This document shows positions 48,967 through 59,491 of a stretch of 64,000 bases of DNA, piece by piece. The DNA is from Candidatus Heimdallarchaeota archaeon (GTDB taxonomy: Archaea > Asgardarchaeota > Heimdallarchaeia > JABLTI01). The first letter of the stretch is position 1. Every line of letters starts with the position of its first letter. Where the stretch lies: NCBI GenBank assembly GCA_018238155.1, contig JABCTZ010000046.1, positions 318,784-382,783 on the forward strand, given 5' to 3'. The notes below the pieces were generated by a model that had not been told where the DNA came from, made no database searches, and worked only from the letters and a program-made list of their open reading frames with translations. A program made the position numbers and the translations under genes.

Positions 48967-49845
48967 CTATTCTAGCAACTCATTAACCATTTGATCGAAT
49001 TCCTTCTCTTCTTTTGCTTTTAAATCAGCAATTTCTTTGTGAGAGAGATTTTTGAATTCCTTCATTTGTTCTTCCGTGAGGATCATCACAGGTTTTTCTT
49101 TTTTAAGACTAGAAAGAATCATTTTAAGAGATTTTCTAACAGCTTTTCTTTGGTCAATAAAAAGACCTTTTATGGTTTTTTTATCTTTCCCATCTTGCAT
49201 TAATTTCTTTATTTCCCCTTCAAGTTTAAAAACCTCACTTATAGCTCTCTCAAGACTTCCTCTTAAATCATAGAGAAGAAACTTAGACATTAAATCATCC
49301 ATTGGATTAGTATCTTCCTCGAATTCTTTTAGCAAATCTCTAACACTATCACCAAAAGTTTGTGCTTCGTTTAAATCGTCTTTTATTGCTTGAAGACTAA
49401 AATCTTCTGCAGAGGCTTCAAAAGCTAACGTCATTTCATCTGCTGTTTCAAGATCCATATCCATCTCAAGCATTTCCATCTCAAGTTCAATTATTTCATT
49501 TGTACCTTCTTCTGAAGCTAGACTCTTTTCACTTTGTTTTTCAAGCCAAATTATCTTTCCGTCAAGAAGAATTAATCTTTGCTTGATCTCTTTTGTTTTC
49601 AATAGGTTGATTTCTTTCGAAAATAGATTCACTTCATCAAACAATTGATTATAGACATTCAAATCTATTTTAGCTTGTTTTTTGGATTTTTGTTTTTTCT
49701 CTTCTTTTTCTTTTTTCTGTTTCTTTCTTCGGAGCTCTTTCTTTTCTCGTACTTTTCTTATTCGTTTATTTTTTACTTTCTTTTCTCGTTTCTGTGATTC
49801 TTTATTTTCTGTTTGATTATTTTTATCCTTCTTCTTTCGAGCCAT
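48967..49845 (-). CDS. Hypothetical coiled-coil protein with Lys/Arg-rich N-terminus
   Basis: Long ORF, highly charged, helical pattern. Confidence 0.65.
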   Translation of the reverse strand: MARKKKDKNNQTENKESQKREKKVKNKRIRKVREKKELRRKKQKKEKEEKKQKSKKQAKIDLNVYNQLFDEVNLFSKEINLLKTKEIKQRLILLDGKIIWLEKQSEKSLASEEGTNEIIELEMEMLEMDMDLETADEMTLAFEASAEDFSLQAIKDDLNEAQTFGDSVRDLLKEFEEDTNPMDDLMSKFLLYDLRGSLERAISEVFKLEGEIKKLMQDGKDKKTIKGLFIDQRKAVRKSLKMILSSLKKEKPVMILTEEQMKEFKNLSHKEIADLKAKEEKEFDQMVNELLE

Positions 49846-50028
49846 AAGTAAAACTCCAGCAACAAGTCTTTCGAGTTGAGAGTGGTAACTCCTACTTTCA
49901 GATAGCTTTTCTCTATACTAAAATCTTTTCAAATCTAGAAGAAAATGATTAGATAGCACGTTGAGGAGAAAAATTTAAGTTTACAAATAATTATATTTGC
50001 AGAAACAGATATAATCAGGAGAAACAAA

Positions 50029-50925
50029 ATGGTAATTTATCAAGTTGATGCATTTTCGGACACTCCCTTCTTTGGTAATCCAACGGTCATTGTACTTGAT
50101 GCAGAAGATTACACGGATATATTGAGACAGTATATAGCAAGTGAGATGAACGTCCCTGTAACCTCTTTTGTTACAAAATCAGAAAAAGCAGATTATAAAG
50201 TGGAGTTCTATACACCCAAAAAGAGAATTCCCCTTGGTGGTCATGCCTCAATTGCAACATTTTGGTTATTAGCAGAAATAGGCAGAATTAAACCTGAGAA
50301 CGATTTTGCAAAAGTTACTCAAGAAACTGAGAAGGGAATTTTCACAATGGAAATTTTCTGGAAAGATGGAGAACTTGACAAAGTTGTTATGATTCAAGAA
50401 AAGCCAATTTTCAAAGAAATAGATATAACAAAAGACAAACTTGCAAATATATTGGGTATTAGGTCTGATAAAATAGAAACAAACGAACAGCTTCCAATAA
50501 CTATTGCTTCAACTGGGAGTCCAAAATTACTTGTTCTTATCACTAGTAAAGAAATGACAGATGCCTTAGTTCCAAAATATGATGATATTGAACGTTTATG
50601 TTTACGACTAAATGTTTCAGGCATTCATCTGTACACTTTTGATACCTATTTCGAAGGCTCCACGTGCTATACAAGGCATTTTGAGCCGTTCAGAGGTGCA
50701 CCTGAAACAGCAGTTTCTGGATTAGCAAATGGAGCATTGGGTGCCTTCTTAGTTGCGAGAGGTTTTGCTCAATCGAGTAAAATGATTATTGAACAAGGCG
50801 AATCTATGGATAGAGCTGGAATTGTTGAAGTTGAAATCAAAGCAACAAAAAAAGGCGTAAAAGAAGTCAGGGTGGGCGGAAAAGCAAAAACAGTTTTTGA
50901 GATACAATTTAAAGAGAAAGTCTAA
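50029..50925 (+). CDS. PhzF/DapF-family isomerase-like protein with divergent active site
   Basis: YQVDAF..FGNP, FYTP..E-less, GHASIA, IEQG..MDR, VRVGG. Confidence 0.85.
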   Translation: MVIYQVDAFSDTPFFGNPTVIVLDAEDYTDILRQYIASEMNVPVTSFVTKSEKADYKVEFYTPKKRIPLGGHASIATFWLLAEIGRIKPENDFAKVTQETEKGIFTMEIFWKDGELDKVVMIQEKPIFKEIDITKDKLANILGIRSDKIETNEQLPITIASTGSPKLLVLITSKEMTDALVPKYDDIERLCLRLNVSGIHLYTFDTYFEGSTCYTRHFEPFRGAPETAVSGLANGALGAFLVARGFAQSSKMIIEQGESMDRAGIVEVEIKATKKGVKEVRVGGKAKTVFEIQFKEKV

Positions 50926-51002
50926 AATTTTCTCTTTAAGAATTCAGATAACAATATTTAATAATAGATTCTTTTGTTTGAAAGATATTGATCTCAAAAA
51001 GA

Positions 51003-51119
51003 GACCAAGGTAGCTGAGATGCTATCTGTTCGCAGTCGGATCACTTTTTCCTAAGGATGCCAAATCCGTTTGAAGGAAAAGAAATGGAGTTCAGATGCGA
51101 AACATCAGCAGTAACTGGT
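51003..51119 (+). promoter_or_regulatory. Structured 5' leader upstream of uS15 (candidate ribosomal protein leader)
   Basis: Nested helices GCTGA/TCAGC, TGTTCGCA/TGCGAAACA, TTTTCCT/AGGAAAA, GGAT/ATCC. Confidence 0.5.
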
Positions 51120-51582
51120 GAATACTATGGCAAGAATGCATACAAGAAAGAAAGGCAAATCAAGTTCAAAGCGACCTCCTCATGCAACAATTCCAGAGTG
51201 GGTCAATCAAACTCCAGAGGAAATTGAATCAAAAATTGTAGAACTTGCAAAACAAGGATTAACTTCTGCAATGATTGGTAATATTTTAAGAGATACATAC
51301 AGTATTCCTTCTACAAAACTTGTAATCAAGCAACAAATTACAGAAGTTATGAAACGTGAAGGAGTCTATCCTGAGTATCCTGAAGATTTTAGAAATTTAG
51401 TTAGAAGAGCAATAGCTTTGCGAAGACATTTAGATGGCCATCCAAAGGATCTTCATTCAAAATATGGCTTACAGAAAATGGAATCAAAAATCAGACGCCT
51501 TATGAGATATTATCAGAAGAAGGGTGTCATTCCAAAGAGTTTCAATTACATTCCAAAATCTGCTGCAACAATCGTAAGATAA
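51118..51582 (+). CDS. rps15: 30S ribosomal protein uS15 (S13e-like); likely start at ATG 51127
   Basis: MARMHTRKKGKSSSKRP, HPKDLHSKYGL..ESKIRRL..YY. Confidence 0.97.
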   Translation: MNTMARMHTRKKGKSSSKRPPHATIPEWVNQTPEEIESKIVELAKQGLTSAMIGNILRDTYSIPSTKLVIKQQITEVMKREGVYPEYPEDFRNLVRRAIALRRHLDGHPKDLHSKYGLQKMESKIRRLMRYYQKKGVIPKSFNYIPKSAATIVR

Positions 51583-51744
51583 ATCAGTGGATTAAAGCAA
51601 AATATCTCTTCATTTTTGAAGAGAACTCTTTTCTTTTATTTTTACTTTATCATTATTGATACTCATTTAAAAATGGGTTATTATGGGTCCTTTTTAAAGA
51701 TAAATTAACAAAAGTAATTATATAGCAAGTTAAATTATACCAAC

Positions 51745-53313
51745 GTGGTGTTGTCTTTGTCCGCCGATTCAGAAAAACCAGATTTCAAAGGATTTATTGC
51801 CAAAATAAAAAAGGGAATTGATTCTGTAAAGGATGCAAAAGGTACTGTACTTTGTATTAGTCACATTGATGCAGATGGACTTACATCTGCAGGAATCATT
51901 GGGAAAGCACTTCATAGAGCCAATATTCAATATCAGGTTCGAGGTGTTCGTCAATTGGAACTCCCAATTATCAGTGAATTATCAATGATGAAGAATATCA
52001 AGAATATTATTTTCTCCGATTTGGGTGGTGGACAAATTGAAGGAATAAATAAATATCTAATTGATAGGAACATATTGATTTTAGATCATCACCCAGTTAT
52101 TACCCCTCCGAAATCAGAATCAATAATTAATGTAAGTCCTTTTTCATATAATTACGATGGTGCACATCAAATAAGTGGTGCGGGAATCAGTTACTTTTTT
52201 GCTAAAACGTTAGATCCAAAAAATATTGATTCTGCAGCTATTGCTGTTGTTGGTGCATTAGCGGACCGTCAGGATAAAGGTGAGAAAAATGCTCTCACAT
52301 CGTTAAATCAGAAAATAGTTAAAGATGGCATTAAAGCGGGTGTTTTGGAAGAGAATATGGACATTCGATTATTTGGAAGAGAAACTAGAAGAATATATCA
52401 AGCATTAGAATATACCACAGACCCATTTTATCCCGGATTAACAGGAGATGGAGATATGTGTATTCGCTTCATGAGAGATACAGGTATTCCTCAACAGAAG
52501 GGAGATAAATGGCGAACAATTCAAGATTTATCTGAAGATGAAAGAAGATCCTTAGTTCAAGCACTTTTAACATATGGATTGCAAATGGGCATGACTGCTG
52601 AAGATGCTCAAAGTATTCTTGGGAAGGTGTATACACTTACACATGAAGAGCCAGGAACACTACTGAGAGATGCAAGAGAATTTGGTTCATTATTGAACTC
52701 ATGTGGGCGTTTAGGTGCTACAGGTATAGCAATAGGAATTTGTATGGGAGAAAGGAAGTATCTTTTAGAAGAAGCAGAAACCATCATGCGGGAATACCGG
52801 AAGAAAATTTCCCAATACTTGGAACTTGTTAGCCTTGAAAGTGAGCATGTAAAAGAATATAATAACCTCATTGTTTTTGATGGAAAAGATGTAATTGATG
52901 ATACGATGATTGGAACAATTATTTCAATAGCAATTTCCACAAGAAGTTTTGCAGATAAGAAGAAACCACTGATTGGATTAGCAGAATCTAACGATGGTAC
53001 CGTTAAAATTAGTTGTAGAGGAACAGGACCATTGGTGACAATGGGTTTAGACCTCGGTTTAGCATTGAGAAGTGCAGTGGAATCAATTGGTTCAAATGCA
53101 GAAGGTGGTGGACACAATATTGCTGCAGGAGCACGTATACCGCAAGGAACAGAGCAATTACTAATTGAAAGTTTGAATATTGCTATCGAGAAACAATTGA
53201 AAAAGGATAATCCAAAACCAAAAAAACAAAGTAGTGCTAAAAAAACAACGGAAAAAACGACGACTACATCTAAAACAAAAACTACTTCGAAGAAAAGCAC
53301 ATCAAAAAAATAG
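51745..53313 (+). CDS. RecJ-like DHH phosphoesterase
   Basis: HIDADG, SDLG, DHH, GGGHNIAAG; conserved archaeal rps15-DHH-pcc1-rps3ae context. Confidence 0.9.
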   Translation: MVLSLSADSEKPDFKGFIAKIKKGIDSVKDAKGTVLCISHIDADGLTSAGIIGKALHRANIQYQVRGVRQLELPIISELSMMKNIKNIIFSDLGGGQIEGINKYLIDRNILILDHHPVITPPKSESIINVSPFSYNYDGAHQISGAGISYFFAKTLDPKNIDSAAIAVVGALADRQDKGEKNALTSLNQKIVKDGIKAGVLEENMDIRLFGRETRRIYQALEYTTDPFYPGLTGDGDMCIRFMRDTGIPQQKGDKWRTIQDLSEDERRSLVQALLTYGLQMGMTAEDAQSILGKVYTLTHEEPGTLLRDAREFGSLLNSCGRLGATGIAIGICMGERKYLLEEAETIMREYRKKISQYLELVSLESEHVKEYNNLIVFDGKDVIDDTMIGTIISIAISTRSFADKKKPLIGLAESNDGTVKISCRGTGPLVTMGLDLGLALRSAVESIGSNAEGGGHNIAAGARIPQGTEQLLIESLNIAIEKQLKKDNPKPKKQSSAKKTTEKTTTTSKTKTTSKKSTSKK

Positions 53314-53357
53314 CGCAACAATAGAATTGAAATTTAGAAGTTTGAGATGATATCGAA

Positions 53358-53624
53358 ATGAATAAAAAGAAAAAAATCATTGAAGCTGAAATCAAGATAC
53401 AATTATCTTTTGCTAACGATAAAGTAGCTGAAAGTATCTGCTCAGCAACTGCTCCTGAAAATCTGGAAACCCCAGATGGAGTAATAGCTAAATCAAATCT
53501 ACAAGATTCAGTAATTTATTTTACAGTAGATTTAAAGGCACCTTTTTGGGATTTAGTTGCTACAACAGAAGATTTTTTTGAAAAAGTATCTATTTCAATG
53601 AAAACAGTAGAAGCTCTCAAATAG
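53358..53624 (+). CDS. pcc1: KEOPS complex subunit Pcc1
   Basis: Size, APEN motif and conserved gene context. Confidence 0.75.
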   Translation: MNKKKKIIEAEIKIQLSFANDKVAESICSATAPENLETPDGVIAKSNLQDSVIYFTVDLKAPFWDLVATTEDFFEKVSISMKTVEALK

Positions 53625-53781
53625 AGAGAGATGAAGAACCTAAATTATTCTTCGATAATAAGGAAAATATTTTAAAAGAGTTGAATGATTTCCGATATAG
53701 CGCGTATATAGAGCATAATTACAGATTCTCTAATATACAGCAAAACTAATAAAGTGATTTAAAAATCAAAACTTTATACTT

Positions 53782-54504
53782 GTGTTATGTAACAATGGAG
53801 AAAACAAAATGAGTAGTAAAAAAAAGAAAGAATCTCAAAGTAGAAGGGTAATAGACAAATTTAGTTTAAAAACATGGTACACTGTTCATGCTCCAGAATT
53901 ATTTGGAGGAGATGAACTCGCTGAAACACCATCTGCAGAAGAAGAATACCTTATAGGTAGAACTCTCAGCACAACCATGATGGATTTAACTGGCGATTAT
54001 AAGAAAATGCATGTCAAGCTTACTTTTAAAATTAGAGGCTCAAAAGGTGATCATTGTTATTCAGACTTTTATGGCCATGAGTATACTCGTGATTATCTGC
54101 GATCAATGATCCGAAGAAGAAGAACAAGAATTGATGGTATCTTTAATATTACAACTAAAGATGGAGCCAGATTACGTTTAAGTGTCATCGCTTTAACACC
54201 ATTCCGATGTAAAGCAAGTCATGAAAGAGGTATCAGAAAAGCAATGTTGGAAGTTATTAATAATAGAGCAGCTAGAACACCATTTGATGTTTTTGTCAAA
54301 GATTTAGTTAGTGGTAGAGTTGCTACAGAAGTCTATAAAGCTTCCAAGAAAATTCATCCAACACAAAATGTTGATGTCTGGAAATCAAGAGTACTAAATC
54401 AACCAACAATGAAACTTGAACCAGAGAAACCTAAAGCTGATAAACCTGAAGATGCAAAAAAGGAAGAAGCAGCACCAGTTGAAGTTAAACCAACAGAAGC
54501 ATAA
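53782..54504 (+). CDS. rps3ae: 30S ribosomal protein eS1 (S3Ae)
   Basis: KTWYTVHAP, LIGRT, DYLRSMIRRR. Confidence 0.95.
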   Translation: MLCNNGENKMSSKKKKESQSRRVIDKFSLKTWYTVHAPELFGGDELAETPSAEEEYLIGRTLSTTMMDLTGDYKKMHVKLTFKIRGSKGDHCYSDFYGHEYTRDYLRSMIRRRRTRIDGIFNITTKDGARLRLSVIALTPFRCKASHERGIRKAMLEVINNRAARTPFDVFVKDLVSGRVATEVYKASKKIHPTQNVDVWKSRVLNQPTMKLEPEKPKADKPEDAKKEEAAPVEVKPTEA

Positions 54505-54692
54505 GTGATTCTTATCAACAGTTTCCAGAAGTATTCTGGAAATATTCTCTCTTTTTATAACTCTTATTTCACTGCAAGCTAATGAAATTTGTTTACTTTT
54601 TACTTTTGATTTTAATATTTTATAAATCAAAAAAACAATAAGAAGTCCATTACATTGTCAATTAAACCAATAATTTTGAGAGTACGTTAACT

Positions 54693-55739
54693 ATGACCTT
54701 GGAAAATAATAGGAACAAATCATTGCCACAAAAAAAAGATAAAATGAAAAGTTCAATAACCGCCTTTGGTGAATGTTTTAGAAGTTGGGAACCGTATCAA
54801 AAGAAGGGATCGGATCCAAATGAAGTTAGGATGCTAGATATTCTTGAATGTTGGACAGGCGAATTAGGACCGGCAATTGGACTTGTTGGTATACCTTTTG
54901 ATGCAGCGGTTTTGGGACGAAAAGGCGCTAAGGCGGGTCCAAAGAAAATTCGTGATTCGATCAGATATTTCAAAGCATATAGTTGGGATTTAGATTATTG
55001 GTTTGGTGATAAAAAAGTATATGATTTTGGAGATATTGTTACAGAAGGGAATTCAGTAACAGAAGCTCATGAAAATATTGCAGAAATTATTCGCAAAATA
55101 GCCGAGAAGGGATTTACTACTTTGACACTTGGAGGGGATCATTCAATAGGGTATCCAATTTTAAAGGGATTACAAAATGCCCACAAATCAAAAAAAATAG
55201 GTCTCATTAATATTGATGCTCATTTGGATGTTCGGGAAGTCATTGATGGGAAAATAACCAGTGGTACTCCATTTCGAAGAGTATTAGATAATAATATTGT
55301 TAATGGAGAAAATTTCGTAGAAATAGGAATTAGAGATTTTACGAATGCCAGAACATATAGACATTATTTAGAAGAAAAAGGTGCTACAATTTTTACTATG
55401 AATAACATCCGAAAAAGAGGTTTAGAGAATATCATCCAAGAAGCAATAACCATTGTCGGGCGAAAAACTGATGTAACCTATTTATCAATTGATATGGACA
55501 GCCTTGATCAGATATATGCACCAGGTGTTAGTGCACCAACACCAGATGGATTATCTCCACATCAAATAAATCAAATTATTCATGAAATAGTAGTCAATAC
55601 AAATATCATTGGAATGGATATTGTAGAGCTAAATCCTCTTTTTGATACTGCAGACACAACAGCTATCAATGCAGCAAATTTCCTCGTGCAATTCGTAGCA
55701 TCCATTTATTGGAAAATGGATAAAGACAAAACAGAATAA
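54693..55739 (+). CDS. hutG: Ureohydrolase, probably formimidoylglutamase
   Basis: GGDHS, DAHLD, SGTPF, SIDMD, APGVSAP. Confidence 0.75.
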   Translation: MTLENNRNKSLPQKKDKMKSSITAFGECFRSWEPYQKKGSDPNEVRMLDILECWTGELGPAIGLVGIPFDAAVLGRKGAKAGPKKIRDSIRYFKAYSWDLDYWFGDKKVYDFGDIVTEGNSVTEAHENIAEIIRKIAEKGFTTLTLGGDHSIGYPILKGLQNAHKSKKIGLINIDAHLDVREVIDGKITSGTPFRRVLDNNIVNGENFVEIGIRDFTNARTYRHYLEEKGATIFTMNNIRKRGLENIIQEAITIVGRKTDVTYLSIDMDSLDQIYAPGVSAPTPDGLSPHQINQIIHEIVVNTNIIGMDIVELNPLFDTADTTAINAANFLVQFVASIYWKMDKDKTE

Positions 55740-55740
55740 C

Positions 55741-56817
55741 TTAGCGCCTTCTATTTCTGATGAAAAATATTCCATAAACCGAAACAGCGATGAACCCCAA
55801 ACCTCCGAGAGTGGATCCTGCAATAATGAGTGCAAGTTCCCATTTCAAATATTTTGGCTTAAAATAGAGATCATTTACCACTTCTTGAATAGCATCCAAA
55901 CATTTAGCGAATTGTTCAGGTCGAATGAAATAATCCATTGATTCTTCTGCCTCTCGCCAAACGTCTACATTATCTGAATCAATAGATATTTGATAATACG
56001 ATTGCACTAAATAATCATAACTTGGAGCTAAGTAAGCATCATCCATTTGGAAATAACCTAAGGAGATTAACTCACCAATCAAAGTTTGTGCATCTATAGC
56101 AGATAAATCACTATTAGAATATAACTCTCTATCACCATATTTGAACTCTATATATCCATCTTGGTAAATTTTAAAATGGTAATAAGGATTCGCTGCAGTT
56201 GGATTATAATCTAAATAATAACCGCTGGAATAATATGAACCAGGCCAGTGAAATAAATTAATAGAAAAATCGTCAAAATTAATTATTGGTGTCGTTCTAA
56301 TGGTATCAATTGTAATTCCAATTGAAGCAGAATGATTTAAACTTGAATCAGATTCTTGATAGAAAAATACTGTAATATTCAAATTTGTTCCAAGAGTGTA
56401 GTGACTTACATTCCAATCATAACCTATTTCCCAAAAATAAGCATTATATTGTGAATATTCGTAACTGGAATTAAAAATAGTACTTTCATTAACAAACATT
56501 TCGAAAATATATTCTTCATTTGAATCGTAAAATGATAACTCATCCCAATAATTGTGATTAACATAAAGAGAAACAGGACTATAATCTATAATGTCTCCAT
56601 CTTTTATATTCCAGAATATTGGTTTATCTGTAACAAAACTAGAGAAACTATTTCCATCATCGAATTTATTTATTATTTCTCGACCTGTTAATTCGCTTGC
56701 ATTCAAGTCATTGAATGTTTTTGCATGAACGTTAGCCACTTGATTTAATACAACTAACGTTGATGAAAGAATGGAAAGTATAAAGAAGCTTACATAGATA
56801 TTTCTAGATTTTAGCAA
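55741..56817 (-). CDS. Hypothetical membrane-anchored surface protein
   Basis: Signal peptide, Tyr/Asn-rich body, C-terminal TM plus RNRRR. Confidence 0.7.
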   Translation of the reverse strand: MLKSRNIYVSFFILSILSSTLVVLNQVANVHAKTFNDLNASELTGREIINKFDDGNSFSSFVTDKPIFWNIKDGDIIDYSPVSLYVNHNYWDELSFYDSNEEYIFEMFVNESTIFNSSYEYSQYNAYFWEIGYDWNVSHYTLGTNLNITVFFYQESDSSLNHSASIGITIDTIRTTPIINFDDFSINLFHWPGSYYSSGYYLDYNPTAANPYYHFKIYQDGYIEFKYGDRELYSNSDLSAIDAQTLIGELISLGYFQMDDAYLAPSYDYLVQSYYQISIDSDNVDVWREAEESMDYFIRPEQFAKCLDAIQEVVNDLYFKPKYLKWELALIIAGSTLGGLGFIAVSVYGIFFIRNRRR

Positions 56818-56894
56818 TAAGGGAACCTCAGCATTATAAACGATTTTTCAATGTATAAATATAGATTAACTGTATCAAATGTCTATTTTTTCAA

Positions 56895-57740
56895 TTATTC
56901 ATTCAAATTTAACTTTTGATACACATTGCGTGCTCTTCTAGTTCTTCGTTGTTTTCTCTTTTTTGCAGGTAAATCATAGTGCCAAGCAATATGTTCATTA
57001 AAGACTTCTTGCCAACTCCTTTCCAACATGATTAAAACAATGCCTGAAAGTATTGCTAAGGTAAATACTGTTGCTGCAACCAAAAAGAAAACTGCGGTAA
57101 TACTTGCGGTATTAAATTCAAAAAACCAGTCAGCAATTATTGAGCTTAAACCAAAAAACAACATCGTTCCAGTTCCTAAGAAGAAAAAATCATATACAAC
57201 ATAAATCCAGAATATTTTGGTTCCATTAATGGGTATATTTTGATTTTCCATCTGGGGAGCTTTAAGTAAATGATTTCGAAGTTTCTCATATCGAATATAT
57301 TGAATAAAGGGTACACTAACAAAAGTCGTTAGAGTTAAAGCTACTAATAGAATAAAAGTATCATTTTTTGTTGTTACCTCATATCTACCATGAGGATGAC
57401 ACCAATGATCATTCAAATCTTGTAGAGTAAGCAGAAGATAATAAAAATAATAAAGACCCAATGTGAGAATGCTCAATACAAGAATTTTTTCATAATCTCT
57501 TTGTTTAATTTCAATTTTTGTTGAAATAAATTGTTTTTTTTCAACAGGTTTGGTTGGAAAATATTGTTCAAGATAACCAAAAAGATCATTTCGACTATAA
57601 GATTTTCTTTGAACAGCAAAACAATATGGGCAAATGGGTTTTCCAATAATTAATGTTTTTTGACAATTAAAACATGTACTGTTCAAGATATTTTTCATCC
57701 CATAAGTATTAATCTCTATTAGGGTTAATTGACTACACAT
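56895..57740 (-). CDS. Zn-ribbon plus multi-TM protein (DUF4234-like)
   Basis: CFNC..CPYC; LSILTLGLY; WQ..FN.H. Confidence 0.6.
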   Translation of the reverse strand: MCSQLTLIEINTYGMKNILNSTCFNCQKTLIIGKPICPYCFAVQRKSYSRNDLFGYLEQYFPTKPVEKKQFISTKIEIKQRDYEKILVLSILTLGLYYFYYLLLTLQDLNDHWCHPHGRYEVTTKNDTFILLVALTLTTFVSVPFIQYIRYEKLRNHLLKAPQMENQNIPINGTKIFWIYVVYDFFFLGTGTMLFFGLSSIIADWFFEFNTASITAVFFLVAATVFTLAILSGIVLIMLERSWQEVFNEHIAWHYDLPAKKRKQRRTRRARNVYQKLNLNE

Positions 57741-57754
57741 TTAAAATTAACCCA

Positions 57755-58207
57755 ATGAACTATAGATTAAAACAAGATTTCGTAACAATAAATGAAAGAA
57801 ATAACACCGTGCAAAAAATGAAGACTATTAATGACTCAGGACGAGGACCAAAGATTAAGATTAAGAAATCAATTTTTATCACAACTATTTTTCATATTAG
57901 TTCTCAAGATGAAGCACAACAGCATCTTATAAAAATACAAGAGGAATTTAGAAAAGCAACTCACAATGCATATGCCTTTAGATTAGGCAACCCAATTTCA
58001 TGGGAAGAAAGCTCAGATGACGGAGAAGTGAAAGGTTGTGCCGGAAAACCGATAATGAATATTTTGCAGAAACAAGAATTAACGAATATTCTAGTAGTAG
58101 TTACAAGATTTTATGGTGGAGTAAAATTAGGTCCCGGAGGGTTAATTCGCGCTTATTCCAAGTCTGCAGCAGGTTTAATTAAAATTATTGGTTTAAAAGA
58201 GCTCTAG
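57755..58207 (+). CDS. YigZ/IMPACT family protein
   Basis: ATHNAYAFR, SDDGE, VVTRFYGGVKLG.GGLIRAY. Confidence 0.92.
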   Translation: MNYRLKQDFVTINERNNTVQKMKTINDSGRGPKIKIKKSIFITTIFHISSQDEAQQHLIKIQEEFRKATHNAYAFRLGNPISWEESSDDGEVKGCAGKPIMNILQKQELTNILVVVTRFYGGVKLGPGGLIRAYSKSAAGLIKIIGLKEL

Positions 58208-58351
58208 TTTCTTAGATGGCAAAGAAAGAAATCTTTTTAGCGAATGTGGTACTCATATGATATTTATTCGTAAAACACTCAAAATATATCTTAAGTATAT
58301 TTAAACAAAGAACAAATATTAAATGAAAGAGTTATTGGGAAAGTAACTACA

Positions 58352-59479
58352 TTGGTCAACATTAAACTTATTATCGATGGAATTGCAATTCCATTTGGTA
58401 TAATCGCATCGACTGTTATTATTTCCCGCAACAAACGTAACATAGCAAATATTTTGATAGGATTAATTGCTTTTCTTGCAGGAGTAGTTTCTGTTACATT
58501 TGGATTGTTGAAAGAAATATTTTTTCCGATCAATGTTGAAATTGCTATGATTTTTGTAAAATTAGCCTTTTTATCTATGTTTCTAATGACAATTCCAGCA
58601 TTGAGTTTTTCGATTTTTTTCTGGAAAGCTAAATATAAGAAAATACCTAATTTCCTCCATATTGGATCATTTATTCCTTCAATAATTCTTGCTATTTGGT
58701 TATTTGCAGAAGCGAATTGTATTCAATTTATTGAAACAGATTATGGTATAAACAATTTTTTAACAGAGCCCCTGATTATCTATAGCCTTGTTATAATTTT
58801 GTCAACATTGCTTCTTACAGTAATTGAATTACGATTTATGGCAAAAAATGCTAAATCTTTTCCACAACTAAGAAGAAGAATGAATTTATTTACTTTAGGT
58901 TTCGCAGTAGGTTTTGGTGGTTCTTTCGTTTCTCTATATCTTCTTGAATACCTTTTTCAAGATATTATACAACCTTATGCTCTCTTTGTTATTTTTACAA
59001 CCATTAGCTTAACACTAGCCTTTTCCACTTCCTTAAGTGAAGAGGAAGTAACATTATGGCACGGTTGTCCAAAGCTACTGCATAACAATGGGAACTCAAC
59101 TATGTGCATAAATACTGATGATGGTCTTCCTATAGATGTGAAATTACTCGATATTGGGAATATAATTGAAAGAATACAAATTGATACTGAAGTATTGAAA
59201 ACAGGATCAGGAAATTGTACCAATACCGTTTTTTCTGATGAAGATAATATTGTTCGATGTTTAACAACACATAGACCAATCAAAGTATTAGATGAGCAAG
59301 TTACGAGAGAGGAAATGGAGCTTGCACGCCAAATGGATATTATGAATGGAAATGAATTATGTTCAGATTGTCTACATAAAATCATTAGTTATAGAAAAGA
59401 GCATAAAAACAAAACGGATTCAGAAATTAAAATGCTCTTTCTTGGGATACGAGCCGAAGAATTCTTTGGTATTTGTTAG
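58352..59479 (+). CDS. Seven-TM membrane protein with Cys-rich cytoplasmic domain
   Basis: About seven hydrophobic segments, then GCP, MC, GNC, RC, LCSDC. Confidence 0.65.
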   Translation: MVNIKLIIDGIAIPFGIIASTVIISRNKRNIANILIGLIAFLAGVVSVTFGLLKEIFFPINVEIAMIFVKLAFLSMFLMTIPALSFSIFFWKAKYKKIPNFLHIGSFIPSIILAIWLFAEANCIQFIETDYGINNFLTEPLIIYSLVIILSTLLLTVIELRFMAKNAKSFPQLRRRMNLFTLGFAVGFGGSFVSLYLLEYLFQDIIQPYALFVIFTTISLTLAFSTSLSEEEVTLWHGCPKLLHNNGNSTMCINTDDGLPIDVKLLDIGNIIERIQIDTEVLKTGSGNCTNTVFSDEDNIVRCLTTHRPIKVLDEQVTREEMELARQMDIMNGNELCSDCLHKIISYRKEHKNKTDSEIKMLFLGIRAEEFFGIC

Positions 59480-59491
59480 CGAATATTTTTA

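Noticed and set aside
52608-53321. 237-aa antisense ORF and the other short overlapping ORFs in the track
   Set aside because: Shadows of well-supported genes on the opposite strand or in another frame.
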